Source: a bacterium
GTDB lineage: Bacteria; UBA8248
DNA length: 64,000 nt
Direction: 5' to 3'
Assembly: GCA_965261085.1 (NCBI GenBank)
Contig: OZ253442.1
Span: 1,504,001 to 1,568,000, forward strand
Shown: piece by piece, positions 29,303-39,578 of the stretch
How positions within the stretch are numbered: position 1 is the stretch's first letter
Layout of the letters: each line of letters opens with the position of its first letter
Notes under the pieces: model-generated
Databases searched by the model: none
Seen by the model: only the letters and a program-made list of their open reading frames with translations
What the model was told of the DNA's origin: nothing
Made by a program: the position numbers and the translations under genes

Positions 29303-30511
29303 ATGTCCTACCTATCCCATCTGGTATGCACCGATTGCGGGCGAACGCACGCGGCGGACGCGCTCGTCAACATCTGCGCCTGCGGGGGGTGTTTGTTCGC
29401 GTGTTACGACGTGGCGAGGCTCAAAAGTGAGGTGACGAGGGAGCAGATAAGCGACGGCCCGGCGACGCTTTGGCGCTATGCGCCTTTTTTGCCGGTGGAG
29501 AAGGCGGAAAACGTCGTCTCGCAGAACGAGGGCTGGACGCCGCTCCACCATGCGGAGCGGCTCGGGCGTGCGCTCGGTCTCGACGCGCTGTGGGTGAAGA
29601 ACGAGGGCGTGAATCCCACCGGCACCTTCAAGGATCGCGGCGCGAGCGTGGCCTTGAGCCGGATGCGCGAGTTGGGGGCTGCGCACGTGGTGTTGAACAG
29701 CTCGGGCAACGCGGGCGTGGCCTGGTCGTCCTATGCGGCGCGCGGGGGCGCGGCGTGCAGCGTTTTGCTGCCCCATGACGTCCCGGCGGGCGCGGTGCGC
29801 CAGTGCGCTCTTTTCGGCGCGCGCGTCTTCACGCTCGACGGCCACTGGTCGGAATCGGGGCGCATGGTTTTCGAGGCCGCAGGGGCGCACGGGTGGCACT
29901 ACGTAAACACGATGCGCGAGCCCTACCGGGTCGAGGGAAAAAAGACCATGGGCCTTGAAATCTGCGAGCAGTTGGGCTGGAAGTTGCCCGACGTCATCTT
30001 CTATCCCACGGGCGGGGGGCTGGGCGTCGTGGCGATTTACAAGGCGATAGCGGAGTTGCGCGAGATGGGTTGGGTGGAAGGGCCGGACCCAAGGCTCGTG
30101 GTGACTCAATATAAGGGGTGCGCGCCCATCGTGCGCGCCTTCGAGCGCGGAGAGGAGCACGTGGAGACTTGGGGGGAGATCGACATCATCCCCGGTGGCC
30201 TGAAATCGCCAAACCCCGCGGGAGGCGTTCACGTGCTCAGGCTGATTCGCATGACGAACGGCTCCGCCATCGCCCTCGGCAAAGAAGAAACGCTTCTCGC
30301 CGTGAAGGAACTGGCGCGTCACGAGGGGATTCTGGCCTGTCCCGAGGGAGCCACGACGCTGGCGGGCCTGAAACGCGCTCTTGAAGATGGCGTCGTTCGC
30401 CCCGATGAGCGCGTGGTGTTGATGAACACGGGCTCGGGCCTCAGATATTCGGACGCCTTAAGCGCCGCTGGCGTCACGACGCTTTCTGCGCGCGATGAGA
30501 TACCCGCCTAG
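29303..30511 (+). CDS. thrC: Threonine synthase family (PLP)
   Basis: N-terminal CxxC..C.CGG, EGWTPL, NPTGTFKDRG, SSGNAG, EGKKTMG.E, YPTGGG and NTGSG. Confidence 0.85.
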   Translation: MSYLSHLVCTDCGRTHAADALVNICACGGCLFACYDVARLKSEVTREQISDGPATLWRYAPFLPVEKAENVVSQNEGWTPLHHAERLGRALGLDALWVKNEGVNPTGTFKDRGASVALSRMRELGAAHVVLNSSGNAGVAWSSYAARGGAACSVLLPHDVPAGAVRQCALFGARVFTLDGHWSESGRMVFEAAGAHGWHYVNTMREPYRVEGKKTMGLEICEQLGWKLPDVIFYPTGGGLGVVAIYKAIAELREMGWVEGPDPRLVVTQYKGCAPIVRAFERGEEHVETWGEIDIIPGGLKSPNPAGGVHVLRLIRMTNGSAIALGKEETLLAVKELARHEGILACPEGATTLAGLKRALEDGVVRPDERVVLMNTGSGLRYSDALSAAGVTTLSARDEIPA

Positions 30512-30536
30512 AAATTTCTCTCTCGACGCTGACTTC

Positions 30537-32252
30537 TCACCCCGCTTTGCCGAGCATCTCTCGCGCGTGTTCTCGGGCGGCGTCCGTAATTTCGAGCCCC
30601 GTTCCCATGCGGGCGATCTCCTCCACGCGTTCTCCATCTTCTAAAAGCTCGATTCGCGTCGCCGTTCGGCCTTCGGCAACGTGCTTTTCCACCCGGAAGT
30701 GGCGCGCGCCCAGGCTCGCGACCTGGGGCAGGTGGGTGACGACGAGCACTTGATGGCTCTCCGAGACCCCTTTCAGTTTTCTTCCCACCACCTCGGCCAC
30801 GGCCCCGCCGATGCCGGCGTCCACCTCGTCGAAAATGAGGGTGGGGATCAAGTCGGCGCGTCTCAGGACGGATTCCAGGGACAGCATCAATCGGGAGAGT
30901 TCACCGCCAGAGGCGACGCGGCTCAGAGGTCGCGGCGGCTCACCGGGGTTGGGCGAGATGTGAAACTGCGCGCGGTCGACGCCATCGGCCCGAATAGCCA
31001 CCGCGCGCCCGCCGACGCGGATGAAGCCCTCGGGATCTTCTTGATGCGTGATGAACGTCTGGAATCTGGCGCCCGCAAGACCCAGTTCGGCCAAGGCATC
31101 TTCCATGCGCTCATCCAGACTTTGGGCGGCGCGCGCTCTTTCTTCAGACAGCGCGAGAGCGGCTTTCGAGAGGTCGGCGCGGAGCGCGTCGCGCGCATCC
31201 ACCAGGCGCGCCTCGGTTCCCTCCTCATCCGAGATAACGGCGAGGCTGTTCCGGCATTCCTCAAGATACGCGAGGCATTCCGCCTCATCGCTCCCGTATT
31301 TCCTGATCATCTCGCGAACCAGCGCGCGCCTCTCTTCGAGTGATTCCAGGCGTTCGGGGTCGTGTTCTATCCCTTCCGCGTAGTCGCGAAGAGAATCGGC
31401 GAGGCTCTCCAGTTGCGCCTGGGCGGATGCGGCTTCTTCCGCGAGGGGATGCAGAGATTCATCGAGACTGGCTATATCTTCGAGTCCCCTTTGGATTTCA
31501 CCCGTTTTCTCGACGATGGCCCCTTCCGCCTCATAGAGCCGCTTATAAAGCGAGGCGGCGCCTTCTATCAGGCGGCCGGCGTTTCTGAGCCGGGGGAGTT
31601 CAGCCTCGATTTCCGCCAGTTCGCCTGCGCGCAGCGCGGCTTTTTCCAGTTCTTCCACCTGAAAGCGCAGAAGATCAGCCCTTTGGGCGCGCTCGCGCAC
31701 ACCCTCATTGTGGGCCCTGAGTTTTTCCTCAGCGGTTTTCAGATCGCGCACGAGTTCGCCCAGTGCGGTTCTTTCCCCGCTCGTTTGCGCGAAATCATCC
31801 AGAAGCCCCAGGTGGCCGGCGGGGCGGAGGAGGCTCTGGTGCGCGTGCTGGCCGTGAATGTTCACGAGGCGCTCGCCCACCTGGGATAGCAGCGATGCCG
31901 TGCCGAGGACGCCGTTCAGATAGATACGGCTTCTGCCCGCCTCCGCGACCCTGCGCCGCACGATGAGTTCGCCTTCGTCCTCGATTTCGACGCCCGCTTC
32001 TACGAGCAGGGAGCGGGTAGCGAGGCCGGCGGAGGTGTCGGGTATCTCGAAGAGGGATTCGACGACGGCCTCTTTGGCGCCCGTGCGGACGAGGTCGCCC
32101 CGCGCCCGCGCGCCTAGGGTGAGGTTCAGGGCGTCGAAGATGATGGATTTTCCCGCGCCCGTCTCACCCGTCAGGACGTTCAGGCCCGGGCCGAAGGCGA
32201 TTTCCAGGTCGTCGATGATGGCGAAATTCGTGATCTTGAGTAGGCGGAGCAT
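30537..32252 (-). CDS. recN: DNA repair protein RecN
   Basis: TGETGAGKS, IHGQH, ASGGELSR, IFDEVDAGIGG and VTHLPQVA. Confidence 0.96.
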   Translation of the reverse strand: MLRLLKITNFAIIDDLEIAFGPGLNVLTGETGAGKSIIFDALNLTLGARARGDLVRTGAKEAVVESLFEIPDTSAGLATRSLLVEAGVEIEDEGELIVRRRVAEAGRSRIYLNGVLGTASLLSQVGERLVNIHGQHAHQSLLRPAGHLGLLDDFAQTSGERTALGELVRDLKTAEEKLRAHNEGVRERAQRADLLRFQVEELEKAALRAGELAEIEAELPRLRNAGRLIEGAASLYKRLYEAEGAIVEKTGEIQRGLEDIASLDESLHPLAEEAASAQAQLESLADSLRDYAEGIEHDPERLESLEERRALVREMIRKYGSDEAECLAYLEECRNSLAVISDEEGTEARLVDARDALRADLSKAALALSEERARAAQSLDERMEDALAELGLAGARFQTFITHQEDPEGFIRVGGRAVAIRADGVDRAQFHISPNPGEPPRPLSRVASGGELSRLMLSLESVLRRADLIPTLIFDEVDAGIGGAVAEVVGRKLKGVSESHQVLVVTHLPQVASLGARHFRVEKHVAEGRTATRIELLEDGERVEEIARMGTGLEITDAAREHAREMLGKAG

Positions 32253-32258
32253 GGGGTT

Positions 32259-33164
32259 TTACGTTTTCCGCCCGCCGCGCGGGTGGGTCTCCCACAGGAG
32301 TTTCTCCCGCAGGGTCTCGAAGAAATCCGCCCCCCTGGGGCGTATGATCCGCACGGGGGTCCGGCTTTTCCTGATTTTCACCGAATCGCCGGCCTCGAGT
32401 TCACACCCGGGAAAGCCGTCGAGCGTGAGGAGAACCTCGCGTCCCTCAGCTTCGGTGTCCGGGAAGATGGTGATTTCCAGTTCCGTCTCCGCAGGTACGA
32501 CGATGGGCCGGTTGCTGAGCGTGTGCGGGCATATCGGGTTGATGAGCATCACGTTCAGATCAGGCAGCACGAGAGGCCCGCCCGCTGAGAGGGAATAGGC
32601 CGTGGAGCCTGTGGGGGTGGCGATGATGAGGCCGTCGGCGCGGAAATAGCCGAGGTGGCGGCCTTCCATCTGAATCTCGTATTCGACCATGCGGGCCAGG
32701 GGTCCAGTGGTGAGCACGATGTCGTTCAGCGAATCGGAGAGCACCGGCGGCGCGCCCCCGTTTTTTTGCACCGAAGCGCCGAGCCGCATACGCGATTCGG
32801 TGGAAAACTCCTTGTTGATCAGTATCCTCTCCAGCGCCGGGTAGAGTTCGGCCTGCGGGATGTCGGCCAGAAAACCCAGATGGCCCGTGTTGATGCCCAA
32901 CAGGAGGGGAGATTCCTCCCCGATGTTGTGCGCGGTGCGCAGCATGGAGCCGTCGCCGCCGAAGACGATTACCAGATCGGCGCGCTTGACGACCTCCTCG
33001 CGGGGCAGTCCCGTTTTCTCTCCCGCCATCTCGGCCGTGTCCAGATCGAGATGAACCTCGAAGCCCCTCTCCCTGAGCCAGGCGGTGAGACTGGCGAAAT
33101 CGAGCGGGCTTTTTTGCGCTCCCGCCCATGCGGTAAGTGCGATGCTTTGAATGTTCGTCGCCAC
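32259..33164 (-). CDS. nadK: NAD kinase
   Basis: GGDGSML, GHLGFL, LND, DGLIIATPTGSTAYSLSAGGP and PICPHTL. Upstream of recN. Confidence 0.95.
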   Translation of the reverse strand: MATNIQSIALTAWAGAQKSPLDFASLTAWLRERGFEVHLDLDTAEMAGEKTGLPREEVVKRADLVIVFGGDGSMLRTAHNIGEESPLLLGINTGHLGFLADIPQAELYPALERILINKEFSTESRMRLGASVQKNGGAPPVLSDSLNDIVLTTGPLARMVEYEIQMEGRHLGYFRADGLIIATPTGSTAYSLSAGGPLVLPDLNVMLINPICPHTLSNRPIVVPAETELEITIFPDTEAEGREVLLTLDGFPGCELEAGDSVKIRKSRTPVRIIRPRGADFFETLREKLLWETHPRGGRKT

Positions 33165-33237
33165 GTGATGAATCTCCCGAATCTATCTGGGTGGCAAGGT
33201 ATCCCAGGGTATGTACAGCGGCAACCACCCCCGCCGT

Positions 33238-34155
33238 TCATGCGCGCGCCCGCTTCGCGGCGTCTTTTCTTTTTTGGGGAAGACGCCGCCAGTAGCGGCA
33301 GGCGTCCTGAAGAGGACAGCCCGCGCAGAGCGCCAAGTTTCGCTTGCTCGGACAATGCTTGAGAATACCCATCCGCGAGATGGCGAAATCGTAGCGCACC
33401 GGGTCGTCCGGGTCGATGCGTTTCAGGTTTGCGGTGATCTCGAGCGCCATCTTGAGGTCCGGCGTCTTCCTGTCGGTGAGTCCCAAAAGACGCCCGATGC
33501 GCGCGATGTGGGTGTCGAGCGGTATGATGAGCTGATGCGTTTTGGGCCCTTTCCAAAGCCCCAGGTCCAGGCCGTCGGCGGGCCGCACCATCCACCGGAG
33601 AAACAGGTGAAACCGCTTGCACGCGCTGCCGCTGCCCGGGTCCGGCAGCAGGTAGTGGATGCCGCGCTCGACCTTTGGGTTCGCGGGCGACGCCGGGAGG
33701 GAGCGGAGCAGGCGGTCCCTGAATTGCTTGAGCGCCCCTTGGAGCGTCTCCTCCTCAGCGCGGTAGCCTTTGAGAAACAAGGCTTCCAGCGAGCCCTCGC
33801 TCCTGAGCGCGGTGCCGATCGCCTGGGCGAGGAGCCCGATGGCCTCGGGCCCCACCCATCGGTGGTAGAGGCCCTCGAAGAGGCGGGCGTTCTTCTCGGG
33901 GCCATAGCGCCGCAGCGCGCCGGCAGGCTCGGGGCCGAGCCGATCCATGATGCGCTTGACGCTTTCGCGTATGGCGGCGGCGTTGCCGAAGGCCAGCGAT
34001 GCGCTCAGAAAAGCCGCGACCTCGCGATTCCGCTCGCCCTGATAGGCGTGCGCGATCTCGAGCGGGTCGGTGGCGAGATAGGCGTCGTGATAGGTGCGGG
34101 CGAGCGCGTCGAGCTTGTCCTTGAGGAGCGGCACGTCTTTGGCCTTGAGAGCCAC
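33238..34155 (-). CDS. TIGR02757 / DUF2400 family protein (HhH-GPD-like) with a C-terminal Cys cluster
   Basis: DPL, SACKRFHLFLRWMVR, DLGLW, IPLDTH, DPDDPVRYDFA, then C-x8-C-x2-C-x5-C. Confidence 0.88.
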   Translation of the reverse strand: MALKAKDVPLLKDKLDALARTYHDAYLATDPLEIAHAYQGERNREVAAFLSASLAFGNAAAIRESVKRIMDRLGPEPAGALRRYGPEKNARLFEGLYHRWVGPEAIGLLAQAIGTALRSEGSLEALFLKGYRAEEETLQGALKQFRDRLLRSLPASPANPKVERGIHYLLPDPGSGSACKRFHLFLRWMVRPADGLDLGLWKGPKTHQLIIPLDTHIARIGRLLGLTDRKTPDLKMALEITANLKRIDPDDPVRYDFAISRMGILKHCPSKRNLALCAGCPLQDACRYWRRLPQKRKDAAKRARA

Positions 34156-34604
34156 TAAAACGCGCCCCTCGTATCGAGCAGCAAGGTGACGGGGCCGTCG
34201 TTCACGAGCGCCACTTCCATCATCGCGCCGAAGCGGCCCGCCGCGACGCGAACACCCAGTTTTTCAACCTGCGCGATGAATCGCTCATACAGAGGCTCCG
34301 CCTGCTCGGGCGGGGCCGCGGCGATGAAGGCGGGACGCCTCCCCTTTCGGCAATCGCCGTGCAAGGTGAACTGGCTGACGACGAGCATCGCTCCGCCTGA
34401 ATCGAGAAGCGAGAGGTTCATTTTCTGCGCCTCATCCGGAAATATCCTTAAACCGGCGGTTTTCCAGGCGAGGAAATCGACGTCTTTTTCGCCGTCCTCG
34501 CGTCCGACTCCCAGAAAAACGAGGAGTCCGCCCCGAATTTCTCCGACCACCTGAGAATCCACCCGGACGCAGGCCTTGCTCACGCGCTGAACAACGGCTC
34601 TCAT
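34155..34604 (-). CDS. dtd: D-aminoacyl-tRNA deacylase
   Basis: [24 protein letters not shown] and [15 protein letters not shown]. Confidence 0.96.
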   Translation of the reverse strand: MRAVVQRVSKACVRVDSQVVGEIRGGLLVFLGVGREDGEKDVDFLAWKTAGLRIFPDEAQKMNLSLLDSGGAMLVVSQFTLHGDCRKGRRPAFIAAAPPEQAEPLYERFIAQVEKLGVRVAAGRFGAMMEVALVNDGPVTLLLDTRGAF

Positions 34605-34887
34605 GTTCGCTCATCCCGTGGTGTCATATCATTTTCTCCAAGTCGCCCACCATTCCCCTAACTGCTTTTCATCGGCGATGGCGTCCAGAATATATGGCGA
34701 TGGCGTTGAAATTCAACGTCCTCGAACCTCATCTCGCCCGGGCGGCGTTTTCAAGTCTTCTGCGTGACTTGCCTTGGTTGAAATGCGGGAAGCAATGTGC
34801 GAGAAATCAGTTGCGAAATTTTTCGCGCCAACTACTCACGTAAATGTGAATACGGCTTCATATCCTTAGCCACAATGGGGGCGGCCA

Positions 34888-35490
34888 TTGTCCAGTGCGG
34901 AGAAATTATTCAAGAAAAAGGTGTTTACGACGTTCGAATTAGCGGAAATCTGCGACGTCACGCCGGTTACGATTCAAAACTGGATAGACAAGGACTGGCT
35001 GCACGCATACCGAACGCCTGGAGGCCATAGAAGGGTGAGAAAAGAAGCGCTTCTCTCCTTTCTCGAATCACGCAACATGCCCCATCCTTTTCCGAAGAGG
35101 GGGGAAGTTCCCCGGGTCCTCATCGTGAACGGCGAGCAGGGCCTCGCCGATTCTCTCAAAGAAGCGCTCTTGTTCGATGAGTCAGGCTATGAAATTCAGG
35201 TGGCGCGCGACGGGTTCCGGGCCGGCGTCCTGTATTCCAACTCTCATCCGGATGTGGTGATACTCGACCTGAATCATTCAAGTGTGGATGGTTACGAGGT
35301 GTGTCGTCAAATCAAGCAGAGCGAAGCCGGCGGCGAAACGGTCGTCCTGGCGATCGACGGCGGCGATGGGGAAGGGCGCAAGCGCATTCTCGACATGGGC
35401 GCGGCGCATTGCCTACCCAAACCGGTGGATGCGGTGGGTCTTAGAAATCTGGTGAAAGAGGCCGTCCTGAATCGCTGGAGGTCCGCTTAG
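34888..35490 (+). CDS. Excisionase-type HTH plus receiver-domain response regulator
   Basis: FTTFELAEICDV...TIQNW...YRTPGGHRR, followed by a REC domain (PDVVILD, LPKP). Confidence 0.85.
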   Translation: MSSAEKLFKKKVFTTFELAEICDVTPVTIQNWIDKDWLHAYRTPGGHRRVRKEALLSFLESRNMPHPFPKRGEVPRVLIVNGEQGLADSLKEALLFDESGYEIQVARDGFRAGVLYSNSHPDVVILDLNHSSVDGYEVCRQIKQSEAGGETVVLAIDGGDGEGRKRILDMGAAHCLPKPVDAVGLRNLVKEAVLNRWRSA

Positions 35491-35595
35491 GCGCGCTCGG
35501 CGCCCCGGAGCCGCCGCAGGCGAATCGGCGCGGCCCCTTGGTTTTCATGGCGGTGGGTTGTGGGATCGCCCGTGCCGGGCTGAAATATGTGTCGC

Positions 35596-36483
35596 CTACT
35601 TCTCCTCGGGCGCGTCCCCATCGGCGCCCCGGTTTCTCAGGAAACGTTCCAGTTCCCTGGCCAAATCATCTCCTGAGGGCAGCTCGCCCGGCTGGTGCTC
35701 TTCATCGAAACCATCGTCTCTGAGCTTTAGCTGCTCCACGTAGTCTCTCACCGACTTGTTTTTCTCCAGTGCTTCATCGACCTTCTCCTCGAATTCATAC
35801 GCACCCGCCTCTAGTTCCGAGAGGTTGAGGGGGTAGGAGAGAAACTCGCTGAGCCGCTCCACGAGGGCGAGCGCCGCCTTCGGGTTGGGCGTCACGTTCA
35901 CGTAGTGGGGCACGTTCGCCCAGACGCTGACGGCGGGCAGGTTTTCTTCGCGGAACAGATTGTTCAGCACGCCGACGATTCCGGTGGGCCCCTCATAGCG
36001 CGAGGGCCTGAGGCCCAGTTGCGAGGCCAGATCGGGGTTCGTGGAAGTGCCGGTTATCCGGACCCTGTTTTTGTGGTAGACGTCGGCGAGCAGGGCGCCC
36101 ACCGTCACGGCCATCCGCACCCGGCATTCACGCACCATGGACAAGATGATTTTTGAATAGCGGCCCCATTGCAGATGAGGTTCCACGCCCAGGAACACCA
36201 CCACGTCATGTTCGAGATTCGGCGTCTCGCATGCGTAGAACGTGTTCGAGGGCCAGGTGATCTTCCGGCGGCTCTCTCCATCGAGGCTGACGTGGGGCCG
36301 CATGTCCTGAAAATTGTAGAACGGGTCGGAGTCGATTTGCGCGAATTCCGAACCCCCCATTTTCTCGGTGATGAAGCTCGCGGCGGTCGTGGCGGCGCTA
36401 CTCGCGTCGTTCCAGCCTGCAAAAGCCATGAGGAGAGCGGGGTCTCTGAGCTTCGGCGTTTCCTGGATGTCGAGATGTTCCAT
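35596..36483 (-). CDS. PAC2 family (proteasome assembly chaperone-like) protein
   Basis: AFAGWNDA..AAT, FYNFQ..RP, EPHLQW, GALLADV.H, SRYEGPTGIVG, WANVPHY and PNPKA. The long ORF extension to 36867 is not supported. Confidence 0.88.
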   Translation of the reverse strand: MEHLDIQETPKLRDPALLMAFAGWNDASSAATTAASFITEKMGGSEFAQIDSDPFYNFQDMRPHVSLDGESRRKITWPSNTFYACETPNLEHDVVVFLGVEPHLQWGRYSKIILSMVRECRVRMAVTVGALLADVYHKNRVRITGTSTNPDLASQLGLRPSRYEGPTGIVGVLNNLFREENLPAVSVWANVPHYVNVTPNPKAALALVERLSEFLSYPLNLSELEAGAYEFEEKVDEALEKNKSVRDYVEQLKLRDDGFDEEHQPGELPSGDDLARELERFLRNRGADGDAPEEK

Positions 36484-36741
36484 TTGTTTGTCCCCCCTGT
36501 GCCGCTTTATGACTTCAAAATAAAAAAGCAAGATACCCATTGTATGAGGTCTCGGAAGGGGATTCAATCCTTTATTTCGAGGTTTCTCGTGCGGCGTTTG
36601 ATGACGGCGCGCCCGTGGGATATAAATTTCCAGCCCGTGAGTCTTCGTCGCTTTACGGCAGGGTGGAGGCGATTCCCCGCCTTGGGGGAGTGGGCGTGGG
36701 CAGGAGCGGGCTAAATGCGGAGTAGACGTGAGGGTTGAGCC

Positions 36742-37524
36742 ATGAACGCGCCCGAATCGGCGGGTATGAAGGAAAAGGTGGTTTTGGTGACGGGCGCCTC
36801 GCGCGGCATCGGCGCCGCCATTGCGAGGCGCTTCGCGCGCGAGGGCGCGCACCTGGTCTTGAATCACAGGAACGAGAGAGGCCGGTCCTCCCAGATGGCG
36901 GCTGAGCTTTGCCGCGAGGTCGAAGCCGCCGGGGGACGGGCTGTCGCCGCTCCTGCGGATATTTCAAAGAAAAATTCCGTCAAGACTATGTTCACGCAGG
37001 TGGAGGAGGAGTTCGGGCGGCTCGACGTGCTTGTCTTAAACGCGGCGCGCGCGCCGTTCAAGCCGTGGGAAAAACTCCTCGAGCGCGATCTCAAACTGCT
37101 GGTGGAGACGAATTTTCTGGGCAACGTCTTCTGCCTGCAGGGGGCGCTTCCGCTGCTTTCGCGCCAGGGCGGAGCCATCGTGTTCATTTCGAGTCTGGGG
37201 AGCCGTTTTTATAGTCCCGAATACCCGCTGGGGCCCATGAAGGCGGCCATGGAGGCCGCGGTCAGGCATTGGGCTGAGAGTTTCGAGGAGAGAGGCGTGT
37301 CGGTCAACGCCGTCTGCGCAGGGTTGGTGAAGACCGATTCGTTCAAGACGCTGCGCATGATTCAGCCGGAGTTGGACGCATTGGACGAACGATATTTCGT
37401 GACGCCGGAGGAAGTGGCCGAATCGGTCTATTTTCTAGCCGGAGCGGGCGCGGCTTCCATACGGGGGCAGACCCTCGTGGTCGACAGGGGACTCAGCAAC
37501 CGCCTGAACCGCCCTCCGGGGTGA
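36742..37524 (+). CDS. SDR reductase, FabL-like enoyl-ACP reductase candidate
   Basis: TGASRGIG, VLNAA, ISSLGS, Y.....K, VNAVCAGLVKTDS and IRGQTLVVD. First gene of the KS cluster. Confidence 0.75.
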   Translation: MNAPESAGMKEKVVLVTGASRGIGAAIARRFAREGAHLVLNHRNERGRSSQMAAELCREVEAAGGRAVAAPADISKKNSVKTMFTQVEEEFGRLDVLVLNAARAPFKPWEKLLERDLKLLVETNFLGNVFCLQGALPLLSRQGGAIVFISSLGSRFYSPEYPLGPMKAAMEAAVRHWAESFEERGVSVNAVCAGLVKTDSFKTLRMIQPELDALDERYFVTPEEVAESVYFLAGAGAASIRGQTLVVDRGLSNRLNRPPG

Positions 37525-37659
37525 TGGAACGGGGGAGATTCTTCGGGAGCGGTTGATTTTCGCTCCCCTCCTTGGTTGTATACGCTTGAATGCGTGGGGA
37601 ATTTCGCGCGTGGCCTGAGGGAGGATGGACAGCGCGCTTGATCGTTACAGAGGAAAGCC

Positions 37660-38223
37660 ATGTCGCAAAACCTGGTATCAGACGATACGATTTTAGAAGA
37701 AGTGAAAAAGGCAATCGCCCACACCACGGGAATCGATGAGGAAACCATCGAGCCGGACAGTTCCCTGGTGGATGACCTGGGCGTTTTGTCTCTCGATTTT
37801 CTGGACGTGAACTTCCGCCTCGAGCAGGTGTTCGGCATCAAGATGGCGCGCAATTTCGTTTTGGAGCACGTGGAGGAAATGTTCGGCGAGGGCGTGGCCA
37901 TCAACGAGGAGAGCGAGGTGACGGAAAAGGGTGTCGAGGTCTTGAAGCTGCGCCAAAGCGAAGCGGCTGTGGATCTGGAGCCCGGAACCCCCGTGGATGA
38001 GCTTCCGGCCCTCGTAACGCCGAAAACGCTGGCGGGCGCGGTGCGCGACGTGCTGAACTGCCTGCCCGAGAAGAGCCCGGCGGGGGCGGAGTGGACGACC
38101 GAAGATGGAACGCGCATCGTATGCGCGAAGACGAACGAGCCTGCCTCTTTGCCCAGCGGGGATGAAGTGGTTCAGAACTGGTTGAACCGGGTGGAAGAGG
38201 AAAGAGGCCTCTTCTCCTCCTGA
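37660..38223 (+). CDS. Acyl carrier protein with a ~100-aa C-terminal extension
   Basis: I.PDSSLVDDLGVLSLDFLDVNFRLEQVFGI, with Ser44 as the predicted phosphopantetheine site. 187 aa long. Confidence 0.82.
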   Translation: MSQNLVSDDTILEEVKKAIAHTTGIDEETIEPDSSLVDDLGVLSLDFLDVNFRLEQVFGIKMARNFVLEHVEEMFGEGVAINEESEVTEKGVEVLKLRQSEAAVDLEPGTPVDELPALVTPKTLAGAVRDVLNCLPEKSPAGAEWTTEDGTRIVCAKTNEPASLPSGDEVVQNWLNRVEEERGLFSS

Positions 38224-38267
38224 GGCCGCTGGCTTCATCCAAGTCATTTTACCGGGAGAACGCCTGA

Positions 38268-39578
38268 ATGGCCGGTAGCGACAGACGGGTCGTGATCACC
38301 GGATACGGGGCGATGACGCCTCTGGGCGGGGACGTCGCCTCCACGTTCGACGCCGCGCGCGAGGGACGCTCCGGAATCGACGTGGTCCGGCGCTTCGATC
38401 CCGAAAAACTCCCCTGCCGAATCGCCGGTGAGATAGAAGACGAGTGGCTCGCCTCCCAGGAGAACGGCGGCGGACGCAGGCTCGACAAATTCTCCACCCG
38501 GGGCGTGCGCATGATGCGCGTGGCCGTATCCCAAGCGGCCCGGGCGGCGCGCTTGGGTGAGGTTCCGGAGAGAAAGCGAGTCGGCGTCGCGCTCGGTTCC
38601 CACGGCGATCACCCCCAGGTCGAAGAATTGCTCCGCATCTTTCCCTACTGGAGGCCCGCGGATGGCGACCCCCTGCGGGGCGGGTGGGACATCAAGGAAC
38701 TCAAAAGCCGCGGCGTCTATGATCTGATGACGTTTTTCAGAAGAAAATCCGACGTGGCGACCTCGGTCGTCGCTCTCGATTTCGACTGCCGGGGTCCCAC
38801 GGTTTCCATCTGCTCGGCCTGCGCGGCGGGAGCGCAGGCGATCGGCGAGTCGGTGCGTCTCATCCGCGACGCGAAGGCCGACGTCATGGTGGCGGGCGGC
38901 TGCGAGTCGGCCATCACCTACGTGGGGTTTCTCGGGTTCGTCCTGCTCACCGCGCTCGTGGAGAGATACGAAACCCCCCAAAGCGCGTCTCGTCCCTTCG
39001 ACAGGAGGCGAAACGGCTTCGTGATGTCCGAAGGCGCGGGCGCGTTGATACTCGAGAGCTACGAGCACGCGCGCGCGCGCGGCGCCGAGATTCTGGGCGA
39101 AGTGCTCGGCTACGGCGATTCCTCGGATGCCTTTCGCATCACCGACATGCACCCGAGGGGGCTGGGCGCGGTGTTCGCCATGAAAAAGGCGCTCGAAGAC
39201 GCGGGCGTCGCCCCCGGTGGCGTCGAATACATCAACGCGCACGGCACCTCGACGCCCAAGAACGATTCCACGGAGACCAGGGCCATCAAGGAGGTGTTCG
39301 GCGCCCATGCGGAGAGGATACCCATCAGCTCCAATAAATCCATGATCGGCCACACCATCGGCGCGGCCGGCGCCATCGAGGCGATTCTGGCCGTCGAGGG
39401 GATGCGCCGCTCGGAAATCCTGCCGACCATCAACTACCAGAATCGCGACCCCAAGTGCGACCTCGACTACGTGCCCAACGAGACGAGGGCGCAGGCCCAT
39501 CGCGTGGCTCTCTCCAACAGTTTCGGTTTCGGTGGGCAGAACGCCTGCCTTTGTCTGGGCGGCCCCGAGATCGCGTGA
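38268..39578 (+). CDS. Beta-ketoacyl-ACP synthase (FabF-type), intact Cys-His-His
   Basis: RRVVITG, SACAAG, SRPFDRRRNGFV, NAHGTST, KSMIGHT and SNSFGFGG. Confidence 0.93.
   Translation: MAGSDRRVVITGYGAMTPLGGDVASTFDAAREGRSGIDVVRRFDPEKLPCRIAGEIEDEWLASQENGGGRRLDKFSTRGVRMMRVAVSQAARAARLGEVPERKRVGVALGSHGDHPQVEELLRIFPYWRPADGDPLRGGWDIKELKSRGVYDLMTFFRRKSDVATSVVALDFDCRGPTVSICSACAAGAQAIGESVRLIRDAKADVMVAGGCESAITYVGFLGFVLLTALVERYETPQSASRPFDRRRNGFVMSEGAGALILESYEHARARGAEILGEVLGYGDSSDAFRITDMHPRGLGAVFAMKKALEDAGVAPGGVEYINAHGTSTPKNDSTETRAIKEVFGAHAERIPISSNKSMIGHTIGAAGAIEAILAVEGMRRSEILPTINYQNRDPKCDLDYVPNETRAQAHRVALSNSFGFGGQNACLCLGGPEIA

Noticed and set aside
34888-35100. Prophage excisionase
   Set aside because: The HTH is fused to a receiver domain, and there are no integrase or phage genes nearby.
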